From the NCBI GenBank assembly GCA_038321985.1, contig JBBQFN010000013.1:80106-144105 (forward strand): 64,000 nucleotides of DNA. Direction: 5' to 3'. Origin of the DNA: Cyanophyceae cyanobacterium (lineage in GTDB: Bacteria; Cyanobacteriota; Cyanobacteriia; Cyanobacteriales; Laspinemataceae). Below the pieces are notes generated by a model. That model was not told where the DNA came from. It was given only the letters and a program-made list of their open reading frames with translations, and did no database searches. Positions within the stretch are counted from its first letter, which is position 1. The number at the start of each line of letters is the position of its first letter. Positions 41,726 to 52,915 of the stretch are shown one piece after another. The position numbers were made by a program, and so were the translations under genes.

Positions 41726-43165
41726 ATGCAACGAAACAACGAGGGTTGGATTAAAATTGCTGAATACACTTCCCTGGCTGGATCAGTTGCGGGTTCGGTT
41801 GCGGCATTGGTTCTGGGAAGGCTCCATTATGCAGCAGTGATCTTATTTCTCTCCGCCTGGTTAAATTTGGTCTATCGCCATAGATTGCACTTAATTACCC
41901 AACAACGTCTGCGCAATGCCATCACTGAAGTTGATCAAAGTATTGATGAGTTTCAGGCGACGATCGCCAATCGAGTCAGCGAATTAAGCACAGAGATCTC
42001 CCATCTCAATGACAACCTCCTCGATAAACCTGAAAAAGAGCAGATGGAACGATTGCTCTCACCCATCCTAAACCTAGAGCAACAGTTAATGGTATTGGAT
42101 GTGGCACTGGCACGGATTGGCAGCCACCTAGAGCAGCCTCTGGAGGAATTGCGCGATACCCTGCCTGCATCAGAAACAGACTTGACAGAAAAGGATACTG
42201 CCGAGAGTGAAGCAACCGCTAGTCGCCTCCCCCAAGAGATTGCTCAACTCTCCGAACATATTTCCCAACTCGGCGAGGCGATCGGTAAACTAGAACCCCG
42301 ACGAGAAGGCGGCGAACTTATACCCCTCCCTCCACAAGTTCCGATGGTAACCAATGTCTGGGGTTTACCTACGGCATCCAGCGAACCGAACCCCCACCTT
42401 CCAATAATGGAGGCGTCGCCGGTTTCCCATGCCGCCACCCCCTCACCGACTGCATTACCTACCTGGGGAAATCCTTACCAACAACTGGAGTCGCAGACAG
42501 CAGCTTCACCCCAAGCCTTCCCGGAAAATCAAGCTCTGACTCTCCCAGGCGATACATCACAGACAAGGGCGATCGCCTATTCTGGGTATCCCCTTAATGC
42601 GATCGGTAGTGAAACCGCCTCCAACATCGACCTTCGAGGAGCCATTCTCATCGGTGGTAGTCTCACTCAAGCCAATTTTGCCGGAGGCGATCTTCAAGAC
42701 GCGAACCTCAGTGAAGCCGACTTGCGCGGTTCAGACTTGCGCGAAGCCAACCTTGCCGGTGCCAACCTCAGTCGCGCCAACCTCGATGCAGCCGACTTAG
42801 ACGGTGCCAATTTAGCCGGCGCTGACTTGCGGGGTGTCAACCTCAGAAACACCCTATTTAGGAATGTATATCTCAGTGGCGCGAACCTCAGCGGATCAGA
42901 CTTGAGTGGATTTGATTTGAGTACAATCAATTTTAACAGCGCCACTCTCATCGAAACTAATCTAGGGGAGGCAAATTTGCAGGATGCACAATTAATTGGT
43001 GCTAATCTCGCCGGTGCTAATCTCGCCGGTGCCAACCTAGAACGGGCTAATTTGACCCATGCCAACCTGACTAACGCCAATCTCATCGGCGCTAATTTCG
43101 GCCAAGGGGAAAATCAAGCACAACTCAATGGCGCAATCCTCCCCGATGGCAGTATATATCAGTAA
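41726..43165 (+). CDS. Membrane-anchored pentapeptide repeat protein
   Basis: Two N-terminal TM segments, coiled coil, Pro-rich linker and C-terminal ANLxG repeats ending GAILPDGSI. Confidence 0.88.
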   Translation: MQRNNEGWIKIAEYTSLAGSVAGSVAALVLGRLHYAAVILFLSAWLNLVYRHRLHLITQQRLRNAITEVDQSIDEFQATIANRVSELSTEISHLNDNLLDKPEKEQMERLLSPILNLEQQLMVLDVALARIGSHLEQPLEELRDTLPASETDLTEKDTAESEATASRLPQEIAQLSEHISQLGEAIGKLEPRREGGELIPLPPQVPMVTNVWGLPTASSEPNPHLPIMEASPVSHAATPSPTALPTWGNPYQQLESQTAASPQAFPENQALTLPGDTSQTRAIAYSGYPLNAIGSETASNIDLRGAILIGGSLTQANFAGGDLQDANLSEADLRGSDLREANLAGANLSRANLDAADLDGANLAGADLRGVNLRNTLFRNVYLSGANLSGSDLSGFDLSTINFNSATLIETNLGEANLQDAQLIGANLAGANLAGANLERANLTHANLTNANLIGANFGQGENQAQLNGAILPDGSIYQ

Positions 43166-43450
43166 CGTTTTGTTGTTATTTAATTTAGGGTTAAAATAAA
43201 ATCCCTCCGGGGGATGCTTGGAGGGATGTACTCTAAAGATGTCAAACACTTTCAGTCTGACCTCTATTGTCCTCGATTTCTGCCTATTCCACCAGGGGGC
43301 TATCCCCCCCACCAGGCTTGACCCCCTAACGCATCGGGACAATTGCGAGTCTAACTCTACCCCCTCCCCACTCTAAAATTTCCTGCCGGTAGCGGCAAAT
43401 ACGACGATAAAATCTAAAGAGTCCATAGAAGCCCTCTATCGAACCGACTT

Positions 43451-44218
43451 ATGACTTACTGCCTGGGTATCCTTACCCGTTTTGGTTTAGTGATCGCTGC
43501 CGACTCGCGCACCAATGCCGGAGTTGATCATATTTCAACCTATCAAAAATTGTTTGATTTTTCCATACCCGGAGAGCGAACCATTTTACTCTGTACATCG
43601 GGAAACCTATCCATCACCCAAGCGGCGATCGCCTCCCTAGAGAAAGATATTAAACATCAAGAAGAAACTAATCTTCACACACTCCCCAGTTTGGCCGAAG
43701 TGGCTCGTTATATTGGCAATAAAATCCGCGCCATTCAAGAACAGGACCGACCTTGGCTAGAACGCGATCGCATCGATGCTAAATGTAGTTTATTACTAGG
43801 AGGCCAGCTTCCGGGGGAAGAACCCAATCTCTACTTAATTTACAGTCAGGGAAACTATATTCACGCCACCAAAGAAACGCCCTTTCTCCAGATAGGAGAA
43901 ATTAAATATGGCAAACCCCTCTTAGACCGCACCCTAACTGCAAATACTCCCTTAGAAGCTGCGGCTAAATGTGCCTTATTGTCTATAGATTCTACCATGA
44001 AATCTAATATTTCTGTAGGACCGCCCATTGATGTCGTTATGTATCATACTGATTCATTCATAATCCGTCATCGGTTGAGACTCCGACTCGGCGACCCCTA
44101 TCTTGCCAAAATTAGAAAATTATGGGAAACCTACGTTAAACAAGCCTTCGATGGGATGCCTGATGTAGAATGGGAATATTACGAAGATAATTTAAACGAA
44201 GACATTCTGATTGATTAA
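43451..44218 (+). CDS. Proteasome-type protease (Anbu family)
   Basis: N-terminal MTYCLG (Thr nucleophile), DSRTNAGVD, QIGExKYGKP and DSTMKSNISVGPP. Confidence 0.92.
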   Translation: MTYCLGILTRFGLVIAADSRTNAGVDHISTYQKLFDFSIPGERTILLCTSGNLSITQAAIASLEKDIKHQEETNLHTLPSLAEVARYIGNKIRAIQEQDRPWLERDRIDAKCSLLLGGQLPGEEPNLYLIYSQGNYIHATKETPFLQIGEIKYGKPLLDRTLTANTPLEAAAKCALLSIDSTMKSNISVGPPIDVVMYHTDSFIIRHRLRLRLGDPYLAKIRKLWETYVKQAFDGMPDVEWEYYEDNLNEDILID

Positions 44219-44268
44219 ATACAATTAGAACACAGAACTTTCTTAGTAACAATTTCAGTCGTTTCTTC

Positions 44269-44380
44269 CTCGTGACTCGGCTGAAGCCGGGTCACCCCCC
44301 TTGGAGGCATAGCCTCCAGCCTCCAACCAGGCGGCAGAGCCACAGAGAGTGCATATCACGGCAGGACCCTGACATGAGAG
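44269..44380 (+). repeat. REP/MITE-like multi-hairpin repeat, copy 1
   Basis: CTCGTGACTCGGCT..AGCCGGGTCAC, TGGAGGC...GCCTCCA and AGAGAGTG..TCACG; homologous to 45544-45673. Confidence 0.75.
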
Positions 44381-45445
44381 CTAAAAGTTATTGATGATAA
44401 AATGAGCCAATTTATCGTACTCCTGGTCCATTTTTTTCATCAGCTTAATTTGATTTGGTGCCCAGCTTCTTCTAGCCAAATTATCTCGTGTTGGTTTGGC
44501 GTTTGGAAGATACTTAATTGGAATATTTTGAACAATGCTATCAGGTGCCATTACATTTAAATCTTCAATACTTGCAACTGGTTCTTCGTCTCTAATAAAA
44601 TCCGGAACCGCAGAGTATGCTTTGATATTTCTAAGTGCTGGAATTAGTTCTTTCTGTATAGAGTTTCTAACCTTTAAAAATTGAGCTTGATCAGCTCCTG
44701 TTTTCGATTGTTCCTGTGCACCAGGCTTCTTTTTCATATCAAAACCATTAAATATCCATCCTCCAAATTTTGGCTGTCCCTTTTTACTTATTAATTGGTC
44801 ATACTTATTAGATTGCATATATCGGAATTTGCCTTGCTCCCAATCTTCTATAAATCTGGGTAAAACCTGTCCAATCAAACCAACACAATAGGCAGAAAAC
44901 AAGTCGGGCGTACATGGAACTAGAAAATAATCAGAAGAATATAAAGCAGTTCTAACAAGAGAATTAAAAGAAGGAGGCAAGTCTATCAAAGCAAAATCAT
45001 ACTGCTTATTTTCTTCTTTTTCTACAGCTTCAATCAAACTGTATGGCATTAAAAAACGGTATAATCCAGCCCCTCCAATTACATCAGTACCTACATTAAG
45101 GATGTCTGAAAAGTTATTAAGCCAAAAATCACCAGGTACAATATCTAAATTTTTAGTCTCAGTATTTTTAGGCTGTGCAATGTAAGGTTTTCCTGGTGCA
45201 CTTTGCTGAATATAGGGTAGAGCAAAAGCACGAATAGTTCGACCATAGGGTAGTGCTTTTGAACTCTCCAGATAGGTCGAAAATTCTTCATCCCCTAATG
45301 TAGCAATAGACAAATTACATTGAGGATCAAAATCAATCGCTAAAACTTTTTTACCTTGTTCTGCCAGTGATGTTGCTAGGTTCCAAATAGTAGTAGTTTT
45401 TCCAACACCACCTTTATTATTAAATAATGCAATGATTTTTACCAT
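44381..45445 (-). CDS. ParA/Soj family ATPase, orphan
   Basis: Deviant Walker A NNKGGVGKTT, IDFDPQCNLS and IDLPPS; AT-rich. Confidence 0.9.
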   Translation of the reverse strand: MVKIIALFNNKGGVGKTTTIWNLATSLAEQGKKVLAIDFDPQCNLSIATLGDEEFSTYLESSKALPYGRTIRAFALPYIQQSAPGKPYIAQPKNTETKNLDIVPGDFWLNNFSDILNVGTDVIGGAGLYRFLMPYSLIEAVEKEENKQYDFALIDLPPSFNSLVRTALYSSDYFLVPCTPDLFSAYCVGLIGQVLPRFIEDWEQGKFRYMQSNKYDQLISKKGQPKFGGWIFNGFDMKKKPGAQEQSKTGADQAQFLKVRNSIQKELIPALRNIKAYSAVPDFIRDEEPVASIEDLNVMAPDSIVQNIPIKYLPNAKPTRDNLARRSWAPNQIKLMKKMDQEYDKLAHFIINNF

Positions 45446-45543
45446 TATTTTTTCTCTACCTAAATTTAATAACTTGAAAGGAGCCTATTCATTAAAAAAT
45501 AAATACGGGCCTATAATAGTTTACCCTATAAGGAAAATTTTTC

Positions 45544-45673
45544 CTCGTGACTTGGCTCTGCCGAGTCACGACGAGCCAAGATTCATGGGGACTGGAGGCT
45601 CTGCCTCCAGTCCCCGAGCAGGCGCTTAAGCCGCAGAGAGTGAGTGTCACGACTTCACCTTTCCTCACGAGAG
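45544..45673 (+). repeat. REP/MITE-like multi-hairpin repeat, copy 2
   Basis: CTCGTGA...TCACGAG termini; GGGGACTGGAGGC-TCT-GCCTCCAGTCCCC hairpin. Confidence 0.75.
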
Positions 45674-45711
45674 CTACTCCTCTAGCTTCCCCATCCTCCT
45701 ATCTTTGACCA

Positions 45712-46722
45712 TCAAGAGCTGATCGCCGTTTGAATTTGAAGTGGAGAAAGCGGCTTCAACTCATTAGTCTGGTCTACCGTGGGTTCAAGAGCAAAATAAG
45801 CATTAAAAATACTTTGACCTACGCCATTGAGTTGCTCTTGAAGGCTGTTAATAAATTCATGTAAACCCCTTTCAAAAATGTCAGAAATAGTCAGATATTC
45901 TAGTTGCGATCGCAACCGGCCTAAAGCTCGTTCTGCGGGGTCTTTCCAGGTACCTACAGGAGTGCCCGTAATTTCATGAAGCGATCGCTCCGAATTTAAA
46001 AAGCAAGAACGGATCGAGCGCGGAAACTCTCGATCTAAAATCAAAAACTCCGCTATCACAGTAGGATTAATCCGATGCTGACGCTTGCGATACATCTCAT
46101 AAGCACTCGCCGATCTCAATAACGACATCCATTGAATCTCATCCAGGGTCGTCCCCACATCCTGCACTGACGGCAGCAAAATATAATACTTTACATCCAA
46201 AATCCGAGAAGTTTTATCCGCACGTTCCAAGAGTCGGCCAATTTGTCCAAAATGCCACCCTTCGTTGTGAGTCATTGTCGCATCCATAATCCCCGAAAAT
46301 AAATGACTCGCCAACTTAACCTGGGTAAAAAAATCATGAAGATAGGCTAAGTTTTGTTTGGGTGCTGCCTCCGTCACCATCATATAAAATGCATTCACCT
46401 GTTCCCACATTTCCGAGGAAATCACTTCTCGGATCGAACGAGCATTCTCGCGCGCAGCTTGTAAACAAGATAAAATCGAATTCGGATAATGGCGATCGAA
46501 CGCTAAAAATTGGATCACATTTTCCGGCAACACTTCCCCATATCGTTCTTCAAACAAGGGGGAATCCCCCGTTATCTTCACCAATGGTTCCCACTGTTGG
46601 GTCATTCCCGTGGGAGAATCCAAAAGTAAATTGAGATTGACATCAATAAAACGAGCAATATTTTCAGCCCGTTCTACATAGCGATTGAGCCAGTAAATTG
46701 AATTTGCAACGCGACTAAGCAT
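45712..46722 (-). CDS. Alpha-E domain protein
   Basis: MLSRVANSIYWLNRYVERAEN, ARENARSIRE.IS.EMWE, GRLLERADKT.RILD and FPRSI. Confidence 0.92.
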   Translation of the reverse strand: MLSRVANSIYWLNRYVERAENIARFIDVNLNLLLDSPTGMTQQWEPLVKITGDSPLFEERYGEVLPENVIQFLAFDRHYPNSILSCLQAARENARSIREVISSEMWEQVNAFYMMVTEAAPKQNLAYLHDFFTQVKLASHLFSGIMDATMTHNEGWHFGQIGRLLERADKTSRILDVKYYILLPSVQDVGTTLDEIQWMSLLRSASAYEMYRKRQHRINPTVIAEFLILDREFPRSIRSCFLNSERSLHEITGTPVGTWKDPAERALGRLRSQLEYLTISDIFERGLHEFINSLQEQLNGVGQSIFNAYFALEPTVDQTNELKPLSPLQIQTAISS

Positions 46723-46874
46723 GAGAATTTTAAAAATTTAGAGTTGAGAAGTTTGATTTTTTTGGCTTAGATATTCCTGCCTTTATATCCGGGCCAAATT
46801 CCGATATTTCGGTGGTTGGCTGTCAGGAATGTCAGTCCCTCTCCCCCCTCAATCCTGACGCTTCACCCCGGCGT

Positions 46875-48332
46875 TTATGCCGTCACGACCCAAGTATCTT
46901 TACTCCCCCCACCTTGGGAAGAGTTGACCACTAAAGACCCTCGTTTCAAGGCAACCCGAGTTAATCCCCCTGGGTTAACGTAGATATCTTTCCCATATAA
47001 AATATAGGGCCTCAAATCGACGTGACAGCCTTCTATGTGACTATCAATTAAAGTAGGAACCCTAGACAGACAGAGGGTGGGTTGAGCGATATAATTGCGG
47101 GGATTGGCCTTAATGCGATCGGCAAACTCTTGTCGTTCTTCTGGCGTCGCCTGAGTCCCGACTAACATCCCATACCCGCCCGATTCATTGGCAGCCTTTA
47201 CCACCAATTTATCCAAATTTGCCAAGACATGATCTAAATGCTTGGGATCGCCACATAAATAAGTGGGGACATTGGGAATAATTTGGTCTTCCCCGAGATA
47301 ATAGCGAATCATCTGCGGAACAAACGCATAAATTGCCTTATCATCAGCAACTCCAGTTCCCAAAGCATTGGCAATTCCGACTCGACCTGCGCGATAAACC
47401 TCCATTAACCCAGGTACACCTAACAAGGAATCCGGGCGGAAGGTTAGGGGGTCAATAAAATCATCATCAATGCGACGATAGACTACATCAACTCGCTTTA
47501 AACCCTTTGTAGTCCGCATTTGCAAGTACCCATCGGCCACAATTAAATCTTTTCCTTCCACCAATTCCACACCCATTTGTTGAGCGAGAAAAGAATGTTC
47601 AAAGTAGGCAGAATTGTAAATGCCTGGGGTAATCACCACCACATTCGGATTGGGCAAATTATCTGGGGCGAGATTTAATAACGTCTCTAAAAGATGACTG
47701 GGATATTCATCAACTGGCTGGATATCCATCGTCCGAAACACTTGGGGAAATGTACTTTTCATAACCCGTCGGTTTTCCAAGACGTAGGAGACGCCGGAAG
47801 GACATCGCAAATTATCTTCTAAAACGTACCATTGCCCATCTTTATCTCGGACTAAATCGGTCCCGGTGATGTGACACCAAATCCCCTTGGGAGGTTTTAA
47901 CCCGATACAGGGTTTGAGAAATCCTTTAGCCGAATGAACCAATTCGATGGGAATTATCCCATCTTTGATGATTTTTTGTTCACCATAAATATCTGCAATA
48001 AACAGATTTAATGCTTCAATTCGCTGTTTCAGCCCGCGATTGAGAATTGCCCATTCGTTCGCCGCCACAATGCGGGGGATAATATCAAAAGGGAAAATCC
48101 GCTCGTTGCCTTCGCTATCGCCATAAACGGTAAAAGTGATACCCAGCTTAAACATGGCGATTTGCGCCGCCTGTTGTCGCTGGATCAGTTCTCCGTCTGA
48201 TAGGGAATTGATTCTGTTTATCAGCGGGTTCGCCTGGGGGCGAGGGTTTCCCTTCTCGATAAACAGTTCATCGTAAAAATCTCCGGGATCGTATGTGTCA
48301 AATCGCACAGTCTGCTCTCTAACGCTGTCCAC
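46875..48332 (-). CDS. Circularly permuted type 2 ATP-grasp protein
   Basis: [39 protein letters not shown] and [15 protein letters not shown]. Confidence 0.93.
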   Translation of the reverse strand: MDSVREQTVRFDTYDPGDFYDELFIEKGNPRPQANPLINRINSLSDGELIQRQQAAQIAMFKLGITFTVYGDSEGNERIFPFDIIPRIVAANEWAILNRGLKQRIEALNLFIADIYGEQKIIKDGIIPIELVHSAKGFLKPCIGLKPPKGIWCHITGTDLVRDKDGQWYVLEDNLRCPSGVSYVLENRRVMKSTFPQVFRTMDIQPVDEYPSHLLETLLNLAPDNLPNPNVVVITPGIYNSAYFEHSFLAQQMGVELVEGKDLIVADGYLQMRTTKGLKRVDVVYRRIDDDFIDPLTFRPDSLLGVPGLMEVYRAGRVGIANALGTGVADDKAIYAFVPQMIRYYLGEDQIIPNVPTYLCGDPKHLDHVLANLDKLVVKAANESGGYGMLVGTQATPEERQEFADRIKANPRNYIAQPTLCLSRVPTLIDSHIEGCHVDLRPYILYGKDIYVNPGGLTRVALKRGSLVVNSSQGGGSKDTWVVTA

Positions 48333-48544
48333 TACTTTAGGGTAAAGGGTGTGGCGAGAATACCCGCAAACTATTAATTTTTATGAACTGGCCCGTTTTA
48401 GATTGCCGGGTATCCGTTCTGGAAATTACTACAGGACTACGGGTATATAGGGTAAAGGCATTTTAAACCGGGCCTTCGCTTTTTCAACAAACCCCGATAT
48501 TTCTCTGACTGAAGTCGTGACACCAACCCGGGAAAGAAGGGCAC

Positions 48545-49066
48545 TTAATAGAGATGGGACTGGGTTAGTCGCTTGAGGAGACAGAGAAAATCATCGAGAA
48601 TAGGTTGGGAATTGGTGGGAGTGAGGATGGGAACATGGACGAAGAGGGCGGGAGTTTGATTAGGGACAGGAGAAAAATGAGTAAGAACGGAATAATAGAG
48701 GGCTTCGCAGACAAATTTACCGGCATCTTCGCTGATTTCAGTGAGTTTTAAACCTTGGATGAGGAGAGGAAGATTTAATCGGGTGGCGATCGCCTCCTTC
48801 CCACATCTTGCTTGTTTTTCTAGGGTCAGTTTTTGCCGGCATTCTGCCATGCCGCAACAAATCACCAGATCCGGTTGCAGTTCAGTGATTTTGGCGATCG
48901 CCTGCTTGGGGGCCTCTTCAAAATCTACGGGTAATTTCCGTAGGAAGTGCAGATGATGGGGAATCCCACTCAATTGCGATACTTTCTCCAATAACTCATC
49001 CGAGGAATTAGTTTGGTGATGGGACATCCAAATATCAAAGGAAGTTAGGAGGATGGTTTGAGTCAT
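48545..49066 (-). CDS. Pyroglutamyl-peptidase I (peptidase C15) family protein
   Basis: ILLTSF, LPVDF, SEDAGKFVCE (catalytic Cys) and FVHVP (His). Confidence 0.85.
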   Translation of the reverse strand: MTQTILLTSFDIWMSHHQTNSSDELLEKVSQLSGIPHHLHFLRKLPVDFEEAPKQAIAKITELQPDLVICCGMAECRQKLTLEKQARCGKEAIATRLNLPLLIQGLKLTEISEDAGKFVCEALYYSVLTHFSPVPNQTPALFVHVPILTPTNSQPILDDFLCLLKRLTQSHLY

Positions 49067-49117
49067 AGTAATTTATAATTGGAAGAGCCTCAGTCAAGTA
49101 TTTTAAGGAAAAAGGCC

Positions 49118-49762
49118 ATGCCGGTAATTGCCGTCATCGATTATGATATGGGCAATCTGCACTCCGTCTGTAAAGGATTGGAGAATGCAGGGGCCACACC
49201 AAAAATCACCGATGTGCCTGGGGAAATTGAACAGGCAGATGGGGTCCTGTTGCCGGGAGTCGGATCCTTTGATCCGGCAATCCAACATTTGCGATATAGA
49301 GATTTAGTCTCCCCGGTTAAGGATGCGATCGCCTCGGGAAAACCGTTTTTAGGGGTTTGTCTCGGGTTACAAATCCTGTTTGATAGCAGCGAAGAAGGAA
49401 AAGAACCCGGTTTAGGTATTATTCCCGGGGTGGTTCGTCGCTTTAAATCCGAACCCGGTTTAACCATTCCCCATATCGGGTGGAATCGTTTGGACTTTAC
49501 GCAAGCCGATGTTCCGTTGTGGCAACGATTACAGCATCAACCTTGGTTATATTTTGTCCATTCTTATTACGTTGACCCCATCGATTCTACCGTTACCGCA
49601 GCTACGGTGACTCATGGCAGTCAAACCATAACAGCGGCGATCGCCCGGGATAACCTCGTTGCGGTGCAATTTCACCCGGAAAAATCTTCAACTGCCGGAT
49701 TGCAAATGTTAGCCAACTTTGTCCAACAAATCGAGATGCGATCGCTGGCAATGTCCCATTAA
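49118..49762 (+). CDS. hisH: Imidazole glycerol phosphate synthase glutaminase subunit
   Basis: IDYDMGNL, LPGVG, GVCLGLQ, YFVHSY and QFHPEKS. Confidence 0.96.
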   Translation: MPVIAVIDYDMGNLHSVCKGLENAGATPKITDVPGEIEQADGVLLPGVGSFDPAIQHLRYRDLVSPVKDAIASGKPFLGVCLGLQILFDSSEEGKEPGLGIIPGVVRRFKSEPGLTIPHIGWNRLDFTQADVPLWQRLQHQPWLYFVHSYYVDPIDSTVTAATVTHGSQTITAAIARDNLVAVQFHPEKSSTAGLQMLANFVQQIEMRSLAMSH

Positions 49763-49768
49763 AACACC

Positions 49769-49795
49769 AAACCGGGGTACTCCTACCCCGGTTTT
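49769..49795 (+). terminator. Intrinsic terminator after hisH
   Basis: AAACCGGGGTA-CTCC-TACCCCGGTTTT. Confidence 0.75.
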
Positions 49796-50417
49796 AAAGA
49801 CTAAACTGGATTCCTGTCTTCCCTAAAACTTAATCAGTCAATCCGATTAGAAATCAAGGCAAAAAACAACACCCAATCGGTCCTAGCAGAGCGACTTCCT
49901 CTCTTCATTTGAGCCTCTGTGGAGTGGCACTGAAACCTCAGTTTCAATGGCATTGCTCCCTACTGCATCAGTTGAGGAAATATCAGCCAGGGGATTGGGT
50001 GATGTTCTTTGGTTTGTTGTGGTACGAGACAGATGTGAAATGTAACAGCGTGAACCTCTTTAGGTGTGAACTTTTACTGGGCTGTTTGAATCTGCCAGGG
50101 AAGCCTTTTCCGCTTCAATTACTACTTTAGCGGATTTTAGTAGAGATGCAAGTAAATGCAAAAAAGGTTTATATTTTAATGAGTATTTACTTTAATTTCA
50201 ATGAAGTTAAGTTAAGTTTTGGCCCTCTTCAAAGAAATAGGACAAGGGGAGGAAATTCTCAGAACTAACCCCCCCATCTTACAAATCTAGGACGCCCTAG
50301 GCTTTTTCCAAATCCCTTGATCCCATCTTGTGGATCTACAAAGACCTTCCCCGATATCTTAGGGAGGGGACCGGAGGTAAATTTAGCCCCTTTCGAGTCT
50401 GTTAACCGGCTATTTCT

Positions 50418-51254
50418 TTATTTAGAGACGTAGTGAATCCATAAATCACCATCAGGACCACAGAGTTGTTTCATCATGCCATAAGAATAGATTAAGCCTT
50501 TGCCACTCACACTCGTGTCATATCCCCAGGAAAACCATTCCCCATAAGGGTCATTCACAATCCAACCTTTTTCGTTATACCCCTTAATGACAATAATGTG
50601 TCCAGACCGGCTAAACCAGCCATGTACAATAATTGGTTTACCCGCTTCTAACCATTTTTTGACATCGGACCATTTGGCATCGGGTTGAAAATCATCTTTG
50701 CACCCATACCGTTGGACAATTTTTGCCAAATCGGTTGGAGAATGGCGGGATAACCCGTTGTTAAGACAAAACTGATAAAGTTCATCTTCTAACTGTTGAC
50801 CTTTGCTATTTTTAAGGGGGTGACCTAAATAACCGAGGCACATCGCTACAGAGGTAACATTGCAGGACCCATGAGGATTCCACACATTATCCAGTTGGGA
50901 TAAATAGGGAATGTTTAAATCAAGGGTGGTCGGTTTTGGGGGGAGAGTTGTTACCGTAGTTGTTAGTTCTGTTGTTGCTGTCCGTTCAGTGGTAAGGACG
51001 GAAGTAGCAACGCGATCGCCATTACCGCTAGAGGCTTCTCGACTGGAAGTAACCGTCACGGAAGAGGTGGAGACGGTGGTAGAAACTTGAACATATTCGG
51101 GGTTACGCCAAATTTCTAAAAACTGAGCATCGGACCGAAAAAGATCCGGGTTGGTTTTTTCTAATTCTGCCTGAAGTCGTTGTAATGCCTCATCCTGATG
51201 CGGTAGACCTTCATAATATTTTGCGACGTTGAGTAGAGAAATGTAGATGCTCAT
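50418..51254 (-). CDS. C39-like cysteine peptidase (putative cell-wall hydrolase)
   Basis: PYLSQLDN...[20 protein letters not shown] and VNDPYG; Thr/Ser-rich linker. Confidence 0.85.
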   Translation of the reverse strand: MSIYISLLNVAKYYEGLPHQDEALQRLQAELEKTNPDLFRSDAQFLEIWRNPEYVQVSTTVSTSSVTVTSSREASSGNGDRVATSVLTTERTATTELTTTVTTLPPKPTTLDLNIPYLSQLDNVWNPHGSCNVTSVAMCLGYLGHPLKNSKGQQLEDELYQFCLNNGLSRHSPTDLAKIVQRYGCKDDFQPDAKWSDVKKWLEAGKPIIVHGWFSRSGHIIVIKGYNEKGWIVNDPYGEWFSWGYDTSVSGKGLIYSYGMMKQLCGPDGDLWIHYVSK

Positions 51255-51370
51255 AATCCCGTTTAAATGAAGTGGATATCCGATACAATTTAGTGATCAA
51301 AATCTGGCTGGCGATCGCGCTCACTCGTTAGAGAAATCAAGCAAAACTCATGGGGCGATCGCTATCTTTC

Positions 51371-52915
51371 TTAAGGGATGCTTCGTTGCAATTGCTGGAC
51401 AACAGGCCAGAAATGATCCCATCCATTGAGTCCGCCATTGACTAAGCTGCGAACCTTTTTCCAGTCACCCTCTTGGGCCGCCATATCAACCTGACGTTCC
51501 CAAAAATATTCCACCAGTATTTTTGCAGAGAGCTCAGGGTCTAATGCCAACTCGGGTTGGTCCTCTAACGGAGCCCCTAATTTCAATCCATAGTGACGAT
51601 AATTGGCACGACCTGTAATTTGAATAAATCCTCGTCCATGATATTTTACCCCATCTCCAGGATGAGTATTTCCTAAGTCCAGACGACCTTCATACATCGA
51701 GTGAAAATAGGGGTTTCCTCCCCATTCTCGAATCGGACGGAATCCTGCTGTTTCTACACCAATTGTGCCTAGAGTAGCAATTACTGTCGCTTTATTGAGA
51801 ATCCCTTTCTGATCTAAGGCTTTCATCACCCCAGGCATATAAGTGCGAATATCAGAAAGGGGTGCATTCAAAACTTGGGCCGCTTTTTCCTCGGAAATCA
51901 ATTCCTTGAGTGGATCGAAGCCCGGAACCTCTTTCGCCTCAATTAAGGCTTTTGCCAGTTCTCGGGCGAGTGGGTCAGCTGAAACTTGATAGGCTTTTGC
52001 AAAGCGAGTTAAGGCCGATTCTGTAATAGGACCATATTTCCCGTCAGCCTCTCCGTTTAATAAACTCAAACTCCGTAATCGCACTTGAATCTGGATCACT
52101 AAAGTTGTATCGGTGACCACTTCTTTTAAAGGAATGGTTTTGTTTTCTTGTAAAATATCTTGCAGACGCCGGCCCGTCACTGTGGTTACATTTTGGGGTG
52201 AGGCTACTGTCCGCTTATTCGATACAAAGTGAACCCAATTATCTCCATCGGGACCACAGAGATCTTTCATCATCTTATAGGAATAGGTTAAACCTGCCCC
52301 ACTCCGACTGGTATTATATCCTCCGGGGAACCATTCTCCGTAGGGGTCATGAACAATCCAGCCTTTATCGTTATAGCCAATAATGGTAATGATATGTCCA
52401 GATCGGGTAAACCAACCGTGGGAAATACAGGGTTTCCCTGCATCAAGCCACTTTTTCACATCATCCCATTTAGCATTGTATTGAAAATCATCTTCATAGC
52501 CGTAGGACTTAATCACCTTCGCCAAATCTTCTGGATTATGTCGCGAAAGTCCATTGCTAATCATGTACCGATAGAGTTCGTCCTCTAGCTGTTCTCCCGT
52601 GGCTTGATTTTTAAGGGTCTTTCCAAAGAAAGCAAGACACATCGCTACAGAGGTGACGTTGCATGATCCGTGGGGATTATTGATGTTATCAATCTGAGAT
52701 AAGTAGGGAACGTTTAGTTTAACGGGTCCTTTTAGAGGTTGGGCGACCAAGGGTGGTTGTGCCGGAGGTCTTCTCCAAATTCTGAGGAATTCAGAGCTTT
52801 CGGATAATAGTTCAGGACAGTTTTTAGCGATTTCATCTTGGAGAAGTTTCAGGGCTGCTTCTTGGTGAGGTTCAGCTTTGTAGTATTTAATGACGTTGAC
52901 TAATGAAACATTCAT
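51371..52915 (-). CDS. C39-like peptidase + PG-binding + GH19 (lysozyme/chitinase-like) fusion
   Basis: C39 motifs as in the neighbour; [11 protein letters not shown]-binding motif; GH19 VET...[27 protein letters not shown] and VNGGLNG. Confidence 0.88.
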   Translation of the reverse strand: MNVSLVNVIKYYKAEPHQEAALKLLQDEIAKNCPELLSESSEFLRIWRRPPAQPPLVAQPLKGPVKLNVPYLSQIDNINNPHGSCNVTSVAMCLAFFGKTLKNQATGEQLEDELYRYMISNGLSRHNPEDLAKVIKSYGYEDDFQYNAKWDDVKKWLDAGKPCISHGWFTRSGHIITIIGYNDKGWIVHDPYGEWFPGGYNTSRSGAGLTYSYKMMKDLCGPDGDNWVHFVSNKRTVASPQNVTTVTGRRLQDILQENKTIPLKEVVTDTTLVIQIQVRLRSLSLLNGEADGKYGPITESALTRFAKAYQVSADPLARELAKALIEAKEVPGFDPLKELISEEKAAQVLNAPLSDIRTYMPGVMKALDQKGILNKATVIATLGTIGVETAGFRPIREWGGNPYFHSMYEGRLDLGNTHPGDGVKYHGRGFIQITGRANYRHYGLKLGAPLEDQPELALDPELSAKILVEYFWERQVDMAAQEGDWKKVRSLVNGGLNGWDHFWPVVQQLQRSIP

